From Leidyana gryllorum EB-2025a (Eukaryota > Protista > Apicomplexa), in the NCBI GenBank assembly GCA_048772705.1, contig JBLWGC010000104.1, positions 744,001 through 808,000 of the forward strand: a DNA stretch of 64,000 bases, in the 5' to 3' direction. The notes under the pieces were generated by a model. That model did no database searches. It was not told the DNA's origin and saw only the letters and a program-made list of their open reading frames with translations. The position numbers were made by a program, and so were the translations under genes. The stretch's first letter is position 1. Each line of letters begins with the position of its first letter. Below are positions 59,764-64,000 of the stretch, in pieces.

Positions 59764-62700
59764 ATGCCATCGATGTTCCCCAGGTCTACCAGTTCTGTAG
59801 TACGGGTGCAGGCAGGAGCGGGCAGTACGCCATCCCGTCAAACGACTACATTGAATCTGTCAGCTACAGCTAATGGCCTGTTGGGGCCCGCTGTGTGCCG
59901 AGCACTGTGTGCTGAGCGTCATTCGGAGCAGAAGAAGAAAGCTGCGAAAGAGATCGAAGACGTGATCAGATTTGTACACGAAAGGGATGTGGGCGTGGCT
60001 CGCGAGGTGCGTTGTTGTGATTGAGAAATGCACTCCTTGGCAACGAGCAGAAAACCAGCGGGATCATCAACGTTCTCACTCACGAGTTTCTCCAGCACCC
60101 TCAAAGAGAAGTGCGCGTTGGTGGCTTGATCGGTCTGTTGGGTGTAGCCCAGGGACTAAAAGTAAGGAGACACACTGAGTTTAGTAAAGCGGTCTATCGG
60201 ATGTATCACACAGGATAACTGCAAATATTACTTGGCCCAAATAGTCATTCCCATTGTCAAACTGTTCAATGCCATTGTGGACCCTCACACACGGTACTAT
60301 TCCGCCGAGGTGAGCTTGAATGAGAGTGGACTTGGCGGGAAATATGGACCAATCAGTGTCTTTTCAATCTATGTTTGTTGGCGCCTATGGATACCGTGGT
60401 CTTCCTGGACGATTTGGTGGATGTCGTCTTTCGAGTGGGTACCAACACAAAGGATCGACCCCTAGTCCACAATGAGCTCGTAGTTATGGAAGGAAACTGG
60501 CACCGATTGTCTGCAGCGCGCCGCCGAGGGCCTCGATCCGGCACTACGCAAGATGACAACTGATCAGTGAGTTCGTAAGCAGTACAGGAAACTTAACAGC
60601 CCATCAGCGCTGCCTCCACCCAACTGGCCTCCGTTGCTCTGTGCATTGTGGATGAGACCACTCGGAAGAGTACGGCAGCTCCTCTCCATGTGCTCCCGTG
60701 GGCCGAAGTCTTGCTGAGCAAAGTCGAAGGTAATATTGCTTTTTGTGGACAATGTACTCTCTCCCTTACCAGCCGCCCGTGACCCAGTAGAGGTTCATCT
60801 GGGAAGACTTATGACCTCGTTGCTGAGCCTCAGTAGCTACCGACTTCAACCGTAAGCTACACTGACCCTCAACCTTCGCCCGTATCACTTTATGCAATAG
60901 CCAAGCATCAGAGAGACTTGAACTCATCCTGGAGAGATGTGCTGCCCTGGTGCGCAAAGCCCCTGAAGCCGCGAGTAAGATTGGCGATGATACGTCTATC
61001 AATCTCGACCACCGCTCAGATACCCTCATCGAATTGGAAGCCCGAATCGAAACTCTGATCCAAGATCGATCGACCGCACCATATGATCTCATCGTGACCC
61101 CTTTGTTCGCCTTGGCGGGGATCACGGGGGGCCGGAAACGTGCCCTCGAATTGAATACAATTCACTTGGCTCGCGACTGCGATCAGAAGTTTGTGACTGA
61201 ACATGCGGACTTTTTCGTCGAAGTCACTCTATCACTGCTGGCCTCAGGATGTCGTGAGTTTCTACCAATGTCAGTCCTATCATCGTTGCAACACCAAACA
61301 GCTCTCGTTGAGGTGCTACACACCTTCGAAAAGGACGTCGAAACCGTGCTGCTAGCGTCCAACCACAGCAACATGTCCCAGATACTCCAGCGTGTTGCCG
61401 AGTCCGTGAGCGAAGTTCTGAAGACGTTGGACGTTGCCAAGGTAACAAAGGAATGCTACCACTCTCAAATTATGTGCAAAATACAGTCCAATGGAGCTGT
61501 AGTAGCTTCTATAGCCCTGAGGTGGATATCCACCATCTCAAACCATAGGTGGGGACGCCTAAAATCCTTCGCTTGCTGCATCCATCTCTCTCAGTTCCTA
61601 CCACGAAATACCGACTGAGTGTTTCCGTGCTGCCGTGGAGCTCATCTCCTGCGATTGGCCACAGATTCGAACGCTAGCTACCAAGTGTGTTGTACAGTTG
61701 TGTGCTGATGGTGAGTTCAGTTCCACCGACAAAGCGCTTGGACCACTCTATCCTCAGCAACGGCAAGGGATACGGTACTCAAGAGCACCGTGCAGAAGTT
61801 AGCAACAGTTACGTCGATTGCCCAGGCCCAAGCATATTTGGATCTCCTGCATGACCTAGCTGCCAAGTCAGGAGACCGCTTGTGGCTTATCGAGGTGAAC
61901 GAGGGGATTAAGGCTCTACCGAGCTGCACCTTCGAGGCAGCTGTGGCCAAATCCTTTGTCTGCTGGTTGCTGTTGTACAGATTGTTAACGGGGTCGGACC
62001 GTTTCACATCAGAAGACATAAGAAAGGTGGACTCATTGAGCGAGGTACCTCTGGCTCGGATGCTTGCCCTCATTGCTGTGAGTAAAATCACCCCTCCTAT
62101 CTGGTTGATCTGTGTTTCGCTCAAAATGTAGACTGATCGCACTAGGGTCCCAAGCTTGCGGTTGTATCCTGACTTCGCGGAGGCCAGATCGACAAACCCC
62201 AGCTGGCTCACCTTGGAGCTCGAACTTTTTGTATTGACTTTGGAACTCTCAAGATTTGCCGCCTTCCGCTTGTCCGACGAATGCAACGCTTTGTACTCCG
62301 GTGAGCCATCAACACCTCGCCACACCTCATCTCACTCCAGAACTTCGAGCCTTACTCCCCATTGATTCATCCGAGAGGGTCACCAAGATATTGAAAGTGC
62401 GGTTGAGCCTGGCATCCAAATCTGATGTTCTTTCCGGGGTTCTTGAAGTACCGCCTTCTCCCGAAAGTCCCTTGGTGATGTCCTCAGATTCATGCGAAGG
62501 TACGCAACCCATATAAATGATCAGTATCTACGAGTGGGTGCAGCCGATATCTTTGGAGCATATCTATCTATTCTGGCCCCCCTGATGGGAGCCGGATCCA
62601 CCACCCTACTGCGATCACACTCTGGGGCAGCCAATCCTCGCATCACAACCGCTGAGAATTGGCCTACCCGCCTCATTCCGACCACATCCGATACAGAGCG

Positions 62701-62995
62701 CGTTTCATGGAACGCAACCCCTATCAGAGATGACCAACCTACAGCAGAAGTGATCTGCCAAGATCAAGAGGTCCAATCCCCTGTGCATATGCCGTCACTG
62801 GGGCAAAAGAGCCGCAGCGGGCAGGACGATTTGACTGGGCAAGTCCCCCCCTCAGCGGATCTAGATGCACCCGTTTCTCAAGGGGACCGACCCAGCGGGG
62901 GTGAACGCATGAAAGATCGCAATGTCGAAGCTGAGGACTCGAAATTGCCATCTGCGGCCGCAACCCGACCTAATTCGGCTGTTTCGAGGCAATGA
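59764..62995 (+). CDS. VAC14: VAC14 HEAT-repeat scaffold (PIKfyve complex), multi-exon
   Basis: KKKAAKEIE, RVGGLIGL, YLAQIVIPI, RYYSAE|CLFN, and C-terminal LYRLL and LLP..S...ILKVRL match the VAC14 N- and C-terminal patterns. Confidence 0.75.
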
Positions 62996-63053
62996 GGACC
63001 CTCAAAATCCTTTGTTTCAAATGGAAAAGTTCAGAAAGGGGGATGATGGTCCT

Positions 63054-63125
63054 GGGCACGTAGCTCAGGGGTAGAGCAGCTGACTGCAGATCAGCAGGTC
63101 TGCGGTTCAATTCCGCACGTGCCCT
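63054..63125 (+). tRNA. tRNA-Cys (GCA)
   Basis: Full cloverleaf: GGGCACG/CGTGCCC acceptor, GCTC/GAGC D-arm, GCTGA-CTGCAGA-TCAGC anticodon arm, TGCGG-TTCAATT-CCGCA T-arm. Confidence 0.98.
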
Positions 63126-63128
63126 CGC

Positions 63129-63135
63129 TTTTTTT
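63129..63135 (+). terminator. RNA polymerase III oligo-T terminator
   Basis: T7 run starting 4 nt after the tRNA 3' end. Confidence 0.8.
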
Positions 63136-63480
63136 CCGCACAACCTCGCGGCCAATGGGCCAATAGGCCTCTTTATGGACACCAAAGACCAAAACCAGCC
63201 TCGCCAAAGGCGTTGCATGACCAGCTTGCGGTTTCCAACTTGCTCGGTTTCGTGGGAGGGGGAACGGTGTAGCACACACACGAGCACACACAACCGGTGT
63301 TGGGCCGCATACAGTTTAGTGATCTAGACCTGCCTCAACAAGCTCTTTATGGAACTGTGGGATATGTCTTGGGTCAATGTTGCAGCACACAGCTTTTGGG
63401 ACAGATCGTCCGGAGGTGTCAAAGATCGTAACAGCATATTCACTCACTCATCAACTCGCATTCTAGTTTAATCTAAGAAA

Positions 63481-64000
63481 ATGCGCGTTTCAACTCACTT
63501 GATCACTTTGGCAATGCTCTCTATGGCCCCGGCCACCAATGCGGAAGGACACGACGGTGTTGCCGAGTTCTTCCAAGGTTTAAAGGTTGGCCGTGATGCT
63601 ACTGAGTATAGACGTAACCCGTCGGCATTGAACGAAGTTCGTGAGCATCCCCATCATCAGCATACTCAAGATCACATCCTGTACAATCCGGAATCGGACC
63701 TACACATTATCACCCGTGGGAGCTTGCTGCGCCGTCTCGGTGACATCGAGAACCGTATTCTTGAAGCTGAATCAACCGTTGCTGTTGACGCTCAGGAATC
63801 TACCGTTTCTACTGACGCTGAGATCTCCTCTACACACGTGGTCGTACCAGCCCCCGAGACCACCCAGCCTGCTGTTGAGCCGTCTTCGGCAACAGACGCT
63901 CCCGTGGTTACACCAGAGGTTTCTCAACAAGAAAGTGCCGAGACCCCCATCACTACCACCGCCACCACCACGACACCTGCAACTCACTCCAGCCCAACGG
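63481..64000 (+). CDS. Secreted protein with Thr/Pro/Glu-rich region, truncated by the window end
   Basis: Open frame from ATG 63481 (MRVSTHLITLAMLSMAPATNA signal-like) to the window end. It is absent from the ORF track because there is no stop. Confidence 0.75.
   Translation, partial: MRVSTHLITLAMLSMAPATNAEGHDGVAEFFQGLKVGRDATEYRRNPSALNEVREHPHHQHTQDHILYNPESDLHIITRGSLLRRLGDIENRILEAESTVAVDAQESTVSTDAEISSTHVVVPAPETTQPAVEPSSATDAPVVTPEVSQQESAETPITTTATTTTPATHSSPT

Noticed and set aside
58478-63125. Functional link between DNMT2, the SpoU methylase and the nearby tRNA-Cys
   Set aside because: The canonical DNMT2 substrate is tRNA-Asp C38, and this tRNA has A at position 38. Proximity is unremarkable at this gene density.

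Overview
This is a very gene-dense eukaryotic window with short GT-AG introns (mostly about 40-55 nt). It is most likely from an apicomplexan, probably gregarine-like; this is inferred from the oocyst-wall-type Cys-repeat proteins, an HT1-like hexose transporter, an SAHH with the plant/apicomplexan-type insertion, and VWA-mucin proteins. About 33 protein genes can be supported, many split across several ORF-track entries. They include TRAPPC11, mRNA guanylyltransferase, PDCD2, pyridoxal kinase, bystin, SAHH, ESS2, p24, TFIIH p62, ALY/REF, two tandem adenosine kinases, HSP90, an ecto-5'-nucleotidase, a SpoU methylase, a MATH-BTB protein, DNMT2 and VAC14. Two RNA genes invisible to the ORF track are present: U4 snRNA (minus strand, ~41910-42044) and tRNA-Cys(GCA). 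The most notable observations are: (1) an intronless stand-alone demethyl-4-deoxygadusol synthase (MysA/DDGS, UV-sunscreen pathway) near a bacterial-type CmoA-like gene whose carboxy-SAM residues appear altered; (2) a 352-nt HSP90 intron holding a highly structured ~245-nt RNA bracketed by C and D boxes; (3) a divergent H2A with an acidic tail; (4) a ~2.9-kb gene-free island with a 157-bp tandem repeat; (5) intergenic gaps of only 12-30 nt and one antisense CDS overlap. All identifications are by eye from recalled family motifs; no searches were run.
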